Shown here one piece after another: positions 1 through 11,883 of a stretch of DNA of 64,000 nt. This DNA is from Octopus sinensis (lineage: Eukaryota). The notes below the pieces were generated by a model that saw only the letters and a program-made list of their open reading frames with translations, had not been told where the DNA came from and made no database searches. The DNA is taken from contig NC_043010.1 of NCBI RefSeq assembly GCF_006345805.1, forward strand, positions 2,418,001-2,482,000. The letters are read 5' to 3'. Each line of letters begins with the position of its first letter. Position 1 is the stretch's first letter. Made by a program: the position numbers and the translations under genes.

Positions 1-584
1 GAAAGAAGACAATATACAAAGTATGGAAGAGGAGCAACGAAGGTGAGAAAATGCAATGTGTGACAAACAGAAGACATGCACTGCCATCCTTCATGACACC
101 AAGTTTATTAATGCAATGGAGTTACAGAGGAATAACAAAAATCAAAAGAACTGATTGAAGCAGGAATACTGTGGGATCATTGTTATTATAGTCGGAATAT
201 AGAGCGAAAAGACAATGAGGGGAAGATCTACAGTTTGAGGATTTTGGAATAACAGTGATAGGATACAAAGATTTGGTTATCAGATGAAAGGTTGTTTTCT
301 TATGCTGAGTTTTGAATATGTGTGTGTGAGAGACAGAGATGGTATCATCATCATCATTTTAGTGTCCATTTTTCCATGCTAGCATGGGTCAGACAGAATC
401 TGCTGAGGCAAATTTTCTACGGTCAGATGCCTTTCCTGTTGCCAACCCTCACCTAATTCCAAGCAAGGTAATATTTTCCCATGGCCAGACATGTTTTCCG
501 GGAAATACAGGAAACGAATAACATCACCTTAAATGATGGTGATGTTTGTTTTACAGCCATCACATGTTAAAATAAGGGTACACA

Positions 585-624
<40 letters not shown>

Positions 625-1204
625 TTCCTTCAGTTTCCACCTACCACATTCATCCTCAGGGCTTCGGTCAATCCAGGGCTATGGCAGAAGACACTTGCCC
701 AAAGTACCACACAGTGGAACTGAACCCAAAACCTCTTCTCAACCACACTGGGACACACGTATTTTAAACTTCCATTTAGGATTCAAATGTGTGTAAATAT
801 GTAGACAGGTGTGTGTGTGTGTGTGTGTGTGTGTGCACTCGTGTATTTTTAATATTTGAATATAAGGAAGGTGTGTGCCCACACGCATGGATTTTGTGTT
901 TTTGCTGTATAAATTTGTGTGTGTGTATGTTTGTGTGTGTGTTGTGTAGATGTACGTTGGTATGTATCTGTCAGTGTATGTGTGTGTGTGCATTTGTATA
1001 AAAACGTATTAATGTGGTTGACCAATAGACATTTCGTATCAAATCTGACCATGAATTATCGTGAATGAGAGGAAGCGACTCAAGAGTTGCCTCCCTTACA
1101 TTAGACATCGTAAACGGCAAGTGATGCTCTGCACACCCACATTTTTAAACAGGGACTTCTGTTTCTTTCTGCGGAGGCAATCACATCTTTTAACTTATTC
1201 ATTC

Positions 1205-1597
1205 TGTTCTTTGTTCTAGTCATTTGACTGTGACCATGCTACAGCACTGTTTTCAAGGGCTTTAGACGAATAAATCGACCTGAATACTTCTTAAGTCAAG
1301 CACTTATTCCCTTTTACTGAAACACTAAGTTACAGGGACATGCACAAACCAACACCGGTTATCAAATAAGGGTGGCGTAAAACAAATACATTTATTACAC
1401 ACACACACACACATACACACATGAATATGGCAAGCTTCCACACAGTTTCCACTAATTAAAATTCACTCAAATAGTATTGGTCAGCCTAGAGTTATAGCAG
1501 AAAACACTTGTTCAAGGTGCTGCACGGTCGGATTGAACCCAAAACCACAGGTATGCAAAGCGAGCTTATAAACTACATAGCTATGTCTGTGCCTATT
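1205..1597 (-). mobile_element. tRNA-derived SINE, family B (internal CA/TA microsatellite, CR1-like tail), diverged
   Basis: Matches cleaner copies at 7188-7598 and 21838-22232 (tail agtcatttgactg.., core acacttg..aaggtgctgcac..gattgaaccc). Confidence 0.7.
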
Positions 1598-1813
1598 TTT
1601 AGCCTTTTTTTTTTCTAATTTGTACTGGGGCACCACTTCTCAGAGTTGCAGTCAATCTGGAAATTGAAGGAAGAATTTAGTTAATTAAATTGGCCCCAGC
1701 ATTTTACTGGTACTTAATATAATCATAGGTATAAGACTAAGAATGTTGGGGGTGGGATTTTAGTCAGTAACATCAATCCTCGTTCTTGACTGGTCCTTTA
1801 TTTCATTGAGTTT
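1593..1813 (+). repeat. Left arm of ~220-bp inverted duplication (partner 5711-5928)
   Basis: Reverse complement of 5711-5928 aligns by eye with roughly a dozen differences. Confidence 0.9.
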
Positions 1814-2124
1814 GAAAGGATGAAAGGCAAGATTTATCTCAGTGGGATTTGAACTCAGAGAGCGCCAATTCATATATCAAAGTATTTTGCCCAACTCTCT
1901 AACCAGTTTCCTAATCCAAACTTAATAATCATCATCATCATCAACATCTAACGTCCATTCTCTGTGCCAGGCATGAGTTAGACGGATTGACTGGAACTGG
2001 CAAAGTTTGATGCCGTGCTAGGCACCAGACATATGTCTTGGCTTGGTTTCTATATTTGGATGCCCTTCCTAACACCAACCACTATACTTGTAATAATAAT
2101 AATAATAATAATCCTTTCAGCTAT

Positions 2125-2801
2125 ATGCACAAGGCCTGAAATTTTGGGGTTAGGGACTAGTCAGTTACATCGGCTGCAGTATTTCACTGGTTCTTATTTT
2201 ATCTACCCTCAAAGGATGAAAGGCAAAGTCGGCCCTAGCGGAATTTGAACTTAGAACATAGCCGCTGGCAAAATAACGCAAAGCATTTCATCCAGCGTGC
2301 TTAACGATTCTGCCAGCTTGCTGCCATAATAATAATAATAATAATAACCTTTCTATTATAAGCACAAAGCCTGAAATTTTTGGTGGGAGGGAGCGAATCA
2401 ATTACATCAACCCCAGTGTTTCACTGGTACTTAATTTATCACCCCCAAAAGGATGAAAGGCAAAGCTGACCTTGTGGAATTTGAACTCATGATGTAAAGA
2501 CAGACAAAATGCCACCAAATAATTTTTGTCTGGTGTGCTAATGATTCTGCTAGCTCACCACAATAATAAGGAGGAGGAGGATTTCAAATTTTGTCACAAG
2601 GCCAGTAGCTTCGGGTGGTGGTGGTGGTGGTGTAAATTGATTACATCAACCCCAGTACTCAACTGGTACTTATTTTATCGAAACCTGAAAGGATGAAAGG
2701 TCAAGTCGACCTCGGCAGAATTTGAGCTCAGAACACAAAGACGGGTGAAATTCCACTTAGCACTTTGCCTGGTGTGCTAACAATTCTGTCAGCTCACCAC
2801 C

Positions 2802-2802
<1 letters not shown>
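2125..2802 (-). mobile_element. Cluster of three truncated family C SINEs separated by (TAA)n/(GGA)n
   Basis: Three repeats of ..ggtacttattttatc..aaaggatgaaaggcaaagtcgacc..gaatttgaactc. Confidence 0.75.

Positions 2803-2858
<56 letters not shown>
2803..2858. repeat. (TAA)n microsatellite
   Basis: Perfect taa run. Confidence 0.95.
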
Positions 2859-3009
2859 GAACTGGCAGTGACATAAAGGGTCATTATTACTTCCATAGGA
2901 TGTGATTTGCAGACATTGTTATCAGAAAACAGCAGAACTTTCAAAAAAGTGTTCAAAGAACGTAACTTCGAAACCAAACTTAGAAAGTATTCAACTTCTT
3001 AGTTAACAA

Positions 3010-3058
3010 CTACAAAATGACTTGACTTAAATCATGGAGAAAGTTTGATAACAACGAA
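3010..3058 (-). CDS. Candidate terminal coding exon (phase 2: SLLSNFLHDLSQVIL*), product unknown
   Basis: Long polypyrimidine tract + CAG acceptor on minus strand (ttttctttttctctccag); no homology recognised. Confidence 0.2.
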
Positions 3059-3847
3059 CTGGAGAGAAAAAGAAAAAACAGAAAAAAAGAACAAAATATA
3101 ACTTTACACTATTAAACTTCTGTTTTTGCTTTTATTTGTTTTAGAAAAAATAAAATCAAGATTTGTCTCTCCAGCCAAATGTTGCTTTTTGTGAAAAGAA
3201 GACAAACTTTTATCTTTCCAAAACTCAGTTGAGATTTGAAACTTTACAAAAAATCTAAGTATAATAATAATAGCACTAGTTTCCAATTTTAACTACTTTG
3301 ATGGTCTTTTGATTATTGTTTTCCTGGTAATACACATAATTCTGTTAAGAGCTTAATTTGATTCAATTATTATTAATAGCTTGATTTTTTTTTTTTTTTT
3401 TAAGGCAGTGAGCTGGTAGAATCGTTAGTACACCAGTAAAGATTGTTCAACAGATTTTTGTCCGTCTTTTTATGTCTGAGTTCAAATTCTGCTCAAATCA
3501 ACTTTGCCTTTCATCCTTTTGGAGTTGGGGTAAAACAAATACAAGTTGAGCACTGGGGTTGATGTAATCAATAAAACCTCTTCACTCAAATATTTCAGGC
3601 CTTGTGTCTTATAGCAGAAAGGAATATTTTTTAAGGCAGAATTATTAGCACACCAGGCAAAATGCTTAGTGGCATTTCATCCATCTTTACATTCTGTGGT
3701 CAAATTCTGCCGAGGTCGACTTTACCTTTTGACATTTTGGGGTTAATAAAGTAAGTACCAGTTGAGCACTGAGGTCAATGTAATTGACTTACCCACCACA
3801 CGCACATACAAAAATTGCTGGCCTTGTGCCAAATTTTGAAACCAATA

Positions 3848-4046
3848 CTCTTTTACTTGTTTCAGTCATTTGACTGCGGTCATGCTGGAGCACTGCCTTT
3901 AGTCGAGCAAATCGACCCCAGGACTTATTCTTTGTAAGCCTAGTACTTATTCTATCAGCCTCTTTTGCCAAACTGCTAAGTTACGGGGATGTAAACACAC
4001 CAGTATCAGTTGTCAAGTGATGTTGGGAGGACAAACAGACACACAA

Positions 4047-4105
<59 letters not shown>

Positions 4106-4253
4106 TACACGACGGGCTTCTTTTAGTTTCCGTCTACCAAATCCACTCACAAGGCTTTGGTTGACACTTGCCCAAGGTGCCACGTAGTGGGACTGAACCC
4201 GGAACCATGTTGTTGGTAAGCAAGCTACTTACCACACAACCACTCCTGCACCT
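3848..4253 (-). mobile_element. SINE family B
   Basis: Head (..ggagtggttgtgtggtaag, gggttcagtccc B-box-like), internal microsatellite and tail present. Confidence 0.85.
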
Positions 4254-5108
4254 ATATTTTATTATTTTGATAATTTTTTCATTATTACGGGTATACCTCA
4301 TTATCCTATGATGACAATGTTAGCTTCCCTTTTGCATTTTTTAAAAATTCTGTCCATTTACTGTATATTGTTTTTAGTATAAATGGTCAGTGACACTAAT
4401 TCACATTGAACAAAATAAGTTTGCTTCTACTATGAATAACATTATAGTAAACTCCTTTCTTAGTGTCCAGTGTGGTCAATCTGAGTTTAAAAGTAGCTGG
4501 AACTCTGGGTATATCAAATTTCTTTATCTCCACTGTCTTTTGCTTCCATCCTTTATATTCTCTCACCATGGATGATATACACTTATCTTTAATACTAGAA
4601 ATTTCAGTTCACTTCATCCCTGCTTGGAACCAGGTATGGGTTGGGGACAGGAAGAGCATCTGGTCACACAAAATCTGCCACAATAAACTGTCCAATCCAT
4701 GCAACTATAGACAAATGGATGTTGATGATTTAACATTTGTAATACGAACATCCAAACCCTTATGCCATGCAACTTCACAGAACCATCATATTAAGGTCTG
4801 TACATTAACAATAGTCTCTCCCCCATAAATTCTTTGGTTTTGTGATTAAGTATAAGAAATCATTAGCTTTGTTCACATAGGACACAAAGAGAGTGATATA
4901 AAGTTAACTGAACCAATTGTAGTATATAACTGGTACTTAATCTATTGATCCTTTGGAAAGATTACAAAACATTTTGTCCAATATGGAATTGATCCATCAA
5001 AAATTACTTAAACAACTTTGACGCCGGAGGTGACAACCCTAAGGTCCAGTACTTGCTGAGTTGTGATGGCTTACATGCATTTATAACCCTGAGATCTATG
5101 TCAGTGAA

Positions 5109-5339
5109 AGATGGAGAGGTGGCAGAAATGTTAGCACGTCGGGCAAAATGTTGAGCGGAATTTTGTCTGCCGTTACGTTGTGAGTTCAAATTCCGCTGAG
5201 GTCGACTTTGCCTTTCATCCTTTCGGGGTTGATAAATTAAGTACCAGTTGTATACTGGGGTCAATGTAATGGACTTAATACCTATGTCTGTCCTTGTTTG
5301 TCCCCTCTATGTTTATCCCCTTGTGGGTAATAAAGAAAT
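5109..5339 (+). mobile_element. SINE family C with 17-bp TSD
   Basis: agatctatgtcagtgaa at 5092-5108 and 5340-5356; core gaggtcgactttgcctttcatcctttcgggg..taagtaccag. Confidence 0.9.
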
Positions 5340-5710
5340 AGATCTATGTCAGTGAATCACAAGCTCCCAGTGGCGTCTCTCATGCTGGACTAGTCAAAGG
5401 AGAGCGGCAAAACTACTCTGGACCATCTCTTCCCAGAATTAAAAACAAGCTTAAGTAGGGCCAAAATGCCAATTTAGAAAGAAGCAAAGGTCAAGTAGCA
5501 TCAATGGCAATTCAAAACAAACGAGACCCGGGAGAGGAAGGTCTTCCCTCAGGGAAAAATATGATGTGGTGTGACAAAAGCCAAAAGGAAAACCCAGAGA
5601 TCCGACTTAAGAGAACGGTCATCGTCAGCCAAGGTTCCAAAAGGGAGTGAAGGGCTTAGAATGAAGAAGCAAGAACACCTATGGTGAGCTTGTATCTCAC
5701 AACTGTTTAT

Positions 5711-5928
5711 AAACTCAATAAAATAAAGGACCAGTCAAGAACGAGGATTGATGTAACTGACCAAAATCCCACCCCAACATTCTTAGTCTTATGCCTATGA
5801 TTATATTAAGTACCAGTAAAATGCTGGGGCCAATTTAATTAACTAAATTCTTCCTTCAAATTTCAGATTGACTGCAACTCTGAGAAGTGGTACCCCAGTA
5901 AAAATTAGAAAAAAAAGGGTAAAAATAG
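5711..5928 (-). repeat. Right arm of ~220-bp inverted duplication (partner 1593-1813)
   Basis: Direct sequence comparison. Confidence 0.9.
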
Positions 5929-6149
5929 CCCAGGCCAACAACAATAAAAATAAGGTATAAAATGTCTATAAAATATGAAATAATTGTAGCAAAGTATTAA
6001 ATCTAGTAAATTATTCTTTTAGCTATTTTATGTGTTCTCATATTTTATTTAAATTTAAATTAATAATTGGGAAAAAAAAGAGTATGTATGAGGGGGGAAA
6101 AGATGGAAACACAAAAGAGTTGAGTAACTACAAAGATATTGATGTAAAA

Positions 6150-6554
6150 TCTTTATATATAAAAGTGAAGTTGTGTGAGTGTCTGTCTCCTACGATTTAG
6201 ATTCCTAACTACTCCCACATTTTGCAATGCAGTTTAACCAAAAGCGGGTATCTTATAGTTGTGATTTATATCGAGCCCTTCTGGGTATTAGCATGCGTCT
6301 ACGATAAGTCTACGATTTAAAAAAAAATTTACCATCATTTTTTTCCATTTTAATGCATTTTTTTCGCTATTATATAAGGGAAGTAAGTAACTCTCTAAAA
6401 ATGTCTACGATGAGTCAACGATTTAAAAAAAAATTTACCATCATTTTTTTCCATTTTAATGCATTTTTTTGCTATTTTTTGGCTATAACTCTCTAAAAAT
6501 GCTTATATAGTTATTTCCCTTACAAACCCGAGCAACGCCGGGCGATACTGCAAG
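6150..6554 (+). mobile_element. Non-autonomous Helitron (family H1) with internal ~100-bp duplication
   Basis: A|TC 5' end, subterminal hairpin cccgagcaacgccggg, 3' CAAG|T (CTAG in the 47461 copy); homologous to 47461-47765 and 63612-64000. Confidence 0.85.
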
Positions 6555-6790
6555 TAGAAGATATAAGAAAAAGAGAGAGAGAGAGAGGGACAGAGACAAA
6601 AACAGATGAAAAAATCAGAGCAAATGCTTGTGTGCATGAGAGAGAGAGACAGACAGACAGGCAGGCAGGCAGGCAGAGGAAGGGAAACACACCAAAGTGA
6701 GGTAGACAAACAGATAAATAGGAGTAGATAGATGAATGCAAACTCCAGTTAAATATCAAGGCCCGTAACTCTGCTTAGCTCGTTCCTCAC

Positions 6791-6831
6791 CGACCAGTTG
6801 TGGAGATTAGAAAAGGCAGATATCGAATTAT
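6791..6831 (-). CDS. Candidate 41-nt internal exon (IIRYLPFLISTTG in phase 0), product unknown
   Basis: ttttcgttgcacag acceptor and cg|gtgagg donor on minus strand. Confidence 0.2.
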
Positions 6832-7187
6832 CTGTGCAACGAAAATACATCCTCAATAGCTAAGTCCATAGGATCCTGTGGTCCAAAATATGATGTGTGC
6901 GTGTGTCTGTGTGTGCGTGCGGTTGTGTGTGTATGTGTCAACATTTATTAAATCTTAACTCCTGTTTGTGTTATTTTATTTGTGAGTGTATATATGTGTG
7001 TGTGTGTGTGTGTGTGTACATGCACACACACAAACAGTAATAGACAGTCGGGATTGAAGAAACCCAGGCAAATATCTCAGCATCCCTAAAAAAAATTATG
7101 GTTAACAGGAAGTCAAGGGAAGAAGATGGAAACCCATTTAGGTTAAATCCACAGAGATTTCTATGTATTTTTATGCATATGTATATT

Positions 7188-7598
7188 CTCTTTTACTCTT
7201 TTACTTGTTTCAGTCATTTGACTGCAGCCATGCTGGAGCACCGCCTTTAGTTGAGCCTTTAGTTGAGCAAATCGACCCCCAGGACTTATTCTTTGTAAGC
7301 CTAGTACTTAATCTATCGGTCTCTTTTGCCGAACCGCTAAGTTACGGAGGACATAAACACACCAGCATCGGTTGTCAAGCAATGCTAGGGGGACAAACAC
7401 AGACACACACACATACATATATATATACATATATGCGACGGACTTCTTTCAGTTTCCGTCTTCCAAATCCACTCACAAGGCATTGGTCGGCCCGAGGCTA
7501 TAGTAAAAGACACTTGCCCAAGGTACCACGCAGTGGGACTGAACCCAGAACCATGTGGTTGGTAAGCAAGCTACTTACCACACAGCCACTCCTGCGCC
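7188..7598 (-). mobile_element. SINE family B, near-consensus
   Basis: Complete head-to-tail copy. Confidence 0.9.
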
Positions 7599-7667
7599 TT
7601 GTAAATGTCACATATTTAGATGTGTGTATAGACACATGTGTACACATATATGCAAATATATATGTAT

Positions 7668-8100
7668 AGCGCAGTCGTGACTGTGTGGTAAGAAGCTTGC
7701 TTTCCAACCACATGGTTGCAGGTTCTGTCCCACTGCATGGCACCTTGGGCAAGTTTCTTCTACTATAGCCTCAGGCCAACCAAAGCCTTGTGAGTGGATT
7801 TGGTTGACAGAAAGTGGAAGAAGCCCAACGTGTGTGTGTGTGTGTATGTGTGTGTGTGTGTGTGTGCATATGTGTGTTTGTCTGTATTTGTCCCCCAGCA
7901 TCTCTTGGCAACATGTGTTGATGTTTTTATATCTCTGTAACTTAGCAGTTTATCTGTAGAGACTGATAGAATAAGTACCAGTTTAAGCAAAAACAAAAAA
8001 GAATATATACTGGGGTTGATTCAGTCAACTAAAAATTCCTGAAGGTGCCCCAGCATGGCCGCAGTCTAATGACTGAAACAAGAAAAGGATAAGAGATAAA
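7668..8100 (+). mobile_element. SINE family B
   Basis: Complete copy inverted relative to 7188-7598. Confidence 0.85.
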
Positions 8101-8110
8101 GATATGTATA

Positions 8111-8231
8111 GGCACAGGAGTGGCTGTGTGGTAAGAAGCTTACTTCCCAGCCACAGAGTTCCGGGTTCAATCCCACTGCATGGCACCTTAGGCAAGTGTC
8201 TCCTACTAACAGAAACTGAAAGAAGCCCATC

Positions 8232-8265
<34 letters not shown>

Positions 8266-8463
8266 CAGTGTGTGTCTGTATTTGTCCCCCCACCATTGCT
8301 TAACAACCAATGTTGGTATGTTTACGTCCCCGTAATTTAGTGGTTTGGCAAAAGAGACCAATAGAATAAGTAGTAGGCTTACAAAGAATAAGTCCTAGCA
8401 TCAAATTGTTTGACTAAAGGCAGTGCTCCAGCATGGCCGCAGTCAAATGACTGAAACAAGTAA
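8111..8463 (+). mobile_element. SINE family B (internal deletion)
   Basis: Head ggcacaggagtggctgtgtgg to tail gactgaaacaagtaa. Confidence 0.85.
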
Positions 8464-8492
8464 AAAAAAAGACAATATCTATCTATCTATCT

Positions 8493-8574
8493 ATTTATCT
8501 ATACACACACACATACACACACACACATACACACACCACATACACACACACACATACACACACACACATACACA

Positions 8575-8617
<43 letters not shown>

Positions 8618-8700
8618 ACACACACACACACACACATACACACACACATACACACACACATACACCACACACATACACACACACATATACACACATGCAT
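8493..8700. repeat. (CA)n/(TACA) compound microsatellite
   Basis: Direct. Confidence 0.95.
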
Positions 8701-9164
8701 GCATACTCATACACATGCACTCACATGATGGGGGTTTTTTTCAATCTCCACCTATGAAACCCCCTCACAATGCCAGCTATTTCAGGGGGGGGCCAATTCT
8801 GATTACATCAACACCAGTGTTTAACTTGCACTTACTTTATCGATCCTGGAGGAACGAATGGCAAAGTCAACTTTGACAGCATTTGAACTCAGAATGGAAA
8901 GGAATATGAAACTATGAAACTAAGCAAATTTGCCTGGCATGCTAACAATTCTGCCAGCTTGCTGCCTCACAGAGGGAAAAAAATATTAAGATTATGTGAT
9001 TTCGAGGCTCCAGTTTTTTTATTCCCACCAATTCTAAGAATTATGACATGGGTAGCTGTAGCATACTCAACTACTTGAACTAAATTTATAGATTGGGGTA
9101 AATCTGTTGATTTAACAATTGAAATATTAACTTGGATTAACAGAAATATATACTGTGGTTAACG

Positions 9165-9540
9165 TGGAGGTGCAATGGCCCAGTGGTTAGGGCAGTGGAC
9201 TCATGGTTGTAGGATCGCAGTTTCGATTCCCAGACCGGGTGTTGTGAGTGTTTATTGAGCGCAAACACTTAAAGCTCCACGAGGCTCTGGCAGGGTGGTG
9301 GTGCTGGTAAACCCTGCTGTACTCTTTCACCACAACTTTCTTTCAATCTTTCTTCCTGTTTCTGTTGTACCTGTATTTCAAAGGGCCAGCCTTTGTGTCA
9401 CACTGAATCTCCCCCGAGAACTATGTTAAGGGTACACATGTCTGTGGAGTGCTCAGCCACTTGCACATTAATTTCACTAGCAGGCTGTTCTGGTGATCGG
9501 ATCAACTGGAAACCTGCTCGTTTTAACCGATGGAGTACCA
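9165..9540 (+). mobile_element. tRNA-derived SINE (Octopus OR-like), tail type I
   Basis: A box tggcccagtgg, B box gtttcgattcc; head shared with 13695-14002 and 32009-32323; family name is from recall. Confidence 0.8.
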
Positions 9541-9574
9541 CGACTGTGGTTAGCACTATATAAAAGTAATTATA

Positions 9575-9615
<41 letters not shown>

Positions 9616-9739
9616 ATACAGAACGTGCCTGGTATTTGGGAATAAATTTTATCAAGCCGTCAATGGAAGCCTACATAATATTATGTAACCAAATTTATGC
9701 AACCAATACATGCAATACAATTTAACTTTCTCATTTTTC

Positions 9740-10300
9740 TTTCAGGCCCATCGATTGCACCAGCATGTCAGATTACAATCTGACTCAGGAAAGGAAAATA
9801 AATGACTGCAGCTACCAAGCACAGCAATTCAATGAGTACTACCCTCTGGAACATGGCTAGTTCCTTCATGTTCTGTGCCAAGGAAGGGGTGGTGACTTTG
9901 GTAGAAATTTGTTATCTATTACCAAATGAAAGAAACAATCTCGGCAATTGGAAGTCATCAGACGAGTTGAGTTTGACCAACAAGTCCATCCAAAATATCA
10001 TCAATCCCAGAAGACATGATAAAGAGCCCAGCAAAACTTTTAGAGCTGTGTAATCATGGGGCCACCAATATCAAGGAGCCTTTCAGCATCTCTGATGCAA
10101 AAACCCTTGACTACTGTATCTAGAGTATCACTAGAGAGCAGGTAACCAACCAGAAGCCCCACAGTACCAAGGACACATAGGGAGCTGCTGTCATGGATTC
10201 CATTGTGGTACAGGCAGAGATCTCCTGATTCTGGCATGCAGTCGTTTCTGTGGTCACATAAGGGCTATCATTAGGATTGAGGGCCATTTTCTTAAATGAC
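9740..10300 (+). pseudogene. Degraded, internally deleted Tc1/mariner (maT/DD37D-like) transposase
   Basis: With frameshifts and stops: SDE..FDQQ, then LDYCI*SI..NQKPHSTKDT..RDLLILACSRF..IIRIEGHF, resembling the maT C-terminus. Confidence 0.65.
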
Positions 10301-10576
10301 CTGTTTTTTGTTTTGATGCACCTGGTTAAATATGACTACAATTTTTCAGGTACCATGTTACTTTTTATTGTTTAGTGTCTTTGTTTCCCTTATGTTTTAC
10401 ATTGTTTCTATTTGCCTATCACACCTTGCTATATACACTTGCTGTGCCAGGCATTTGTGACCAGAAACTGAGCTGGCTATAACTCTATATAACTAAACAA
10501 TATTATGAAGCAATGTGCCAAATGTGAACTTCCACATTTCCTTTTCAGCAGTTTTGACATCGGACATGACTGCCTC

Positions 10577-11730
10577 CCATCTGACACAAAAAAACTAAGA
10601 CATGTTCATGGTTTTAACTGCCATCTTTAGTGACTCACAGATCAGTGGCTTTTGTAATTTTTAGTACACAGCCAGGTCCTTCATACTGAGAATCCTAAAA
10701 GTGCAGGAGGTCTCAGTCAGGAATGGGTCACTTGCAGTCAAGAGAAAACAACATTTTCCTAGAGAAAAAAAAAAATCATTCATCCACCATGTGTAGGATA
10801 TCATCAACAATGTCCCTAGTAAATTAATGAGAGCTGTCAATAAGCAGCTCAAGAAGAAAAAGAGGAGGAGGAGTCTCCTATCAGACATGTAATGCAAAAG
10901 AGAATCCAATAATCTACGTCCAACAGAACAATGTGATGTAGTCAAAGCACTTACTCAAGAAGTCTGAGCATCCTAAGATACCAGTCATTCACTTGGGTAA
11001 GTTTGTAATAGCATTCTCTGAGAAAACATGTTTCAGTAGCTGGAAATATGTTAAGCATTAGAGAAAGAAACCCATCTGTTTCTCACAAGAAAATACATCT
11101 AAAGCCAAGTTTTTTCATTGGCCCCTAAAATACTACCATGGACACCCAATTTTCTGTTTTCACCCCTCCCTGCCCCAGAGGTCATGTGGACTCCAGTTTG
11201 GAACCTCTAATCTAGATGAAGGAGGTGACCCGAGAGATACTGTACCTACTTCAGTTGAATTCTGCTCTCTCTCCCACACGGTTCTCATCATCCAGGAATA
11301 GCTAATCAAGAATAATTCACAATTATCATCATCATCGTTTAACGTCCGTTTTCTATGCTAGCATGGGTTGGACGGTTCAACCGGGCTCTGGGAAGCCAGG
11401 AGGCTGCACCAGACTCCAGTCTGATCTGGCAGTGTTTCTACAGCCAGATCAGACTGGAGTCTGGTGCAGCCTCCTGGCTTCACAGGCCTCGACACCAAAA
11501 TCCAAAATGTAGCCTCCTAGCCCTCTGGACTTGAACTGCCTCGACTATGTTAGAGGCATCACCAAAAGGAAAATCAACTGACAGCCCCACTGAACCAAGG
11601 ACACACAGAAGGCTGTTAGCTTGGGTGAGATGGAGAACATGAATGAGAACCACTTCATCACAGCATACAGCCACTTCTATACACACATCATGGACCATTA
11701 TTGAGGTTGAAGGTGGTGTTATTGACTAAT
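10577..11730 (+). pseudogene. Second degraded maT-like transposase, centre replaced by later insertions
   Basis: N-term ARSFILRIL..FIHHV*DIINNVPSKLMRAV; C-term PPSPLDLNCLDYVRGITKRKIN*QPH*TKDT..IEVEGGVID*. Confidence 0.7.
11325..11481 (-). mobile_element. RTE-type LINE 3' end with fold-back at its 5' truncation
   Basis: (CAT)n tail + gtttaacgtccg..catgctagcatgggttggacg as at 44392; perfect 39-bp inverted repeat 11392-11430/11443-11481. Confidence 0.85.
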
Positions 11731-11834
11731 CAACTTCTTTGTTGAACATCTTCACTATTTTTTTAAACATATTGTTCTATTTAATAATAGTTTCTCCTAG
11801 TATTTTATTTTTACTACTCAACTACCCAGTGCTC

Positions 11835-11883
<49 letters not shown>

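Noticed and set aside
5366-5700. Purine-rich, coding-looking segment starting CAGTGGCGTC
   Set aside because: Stops in all frames; possibly an old DNA transposon fragment, unclassifiable by eye
9165-9240. tRNA-like sequence with A and B boxes
   Set aside because: SINE head continuing into SINE body; no complete cloverleaf
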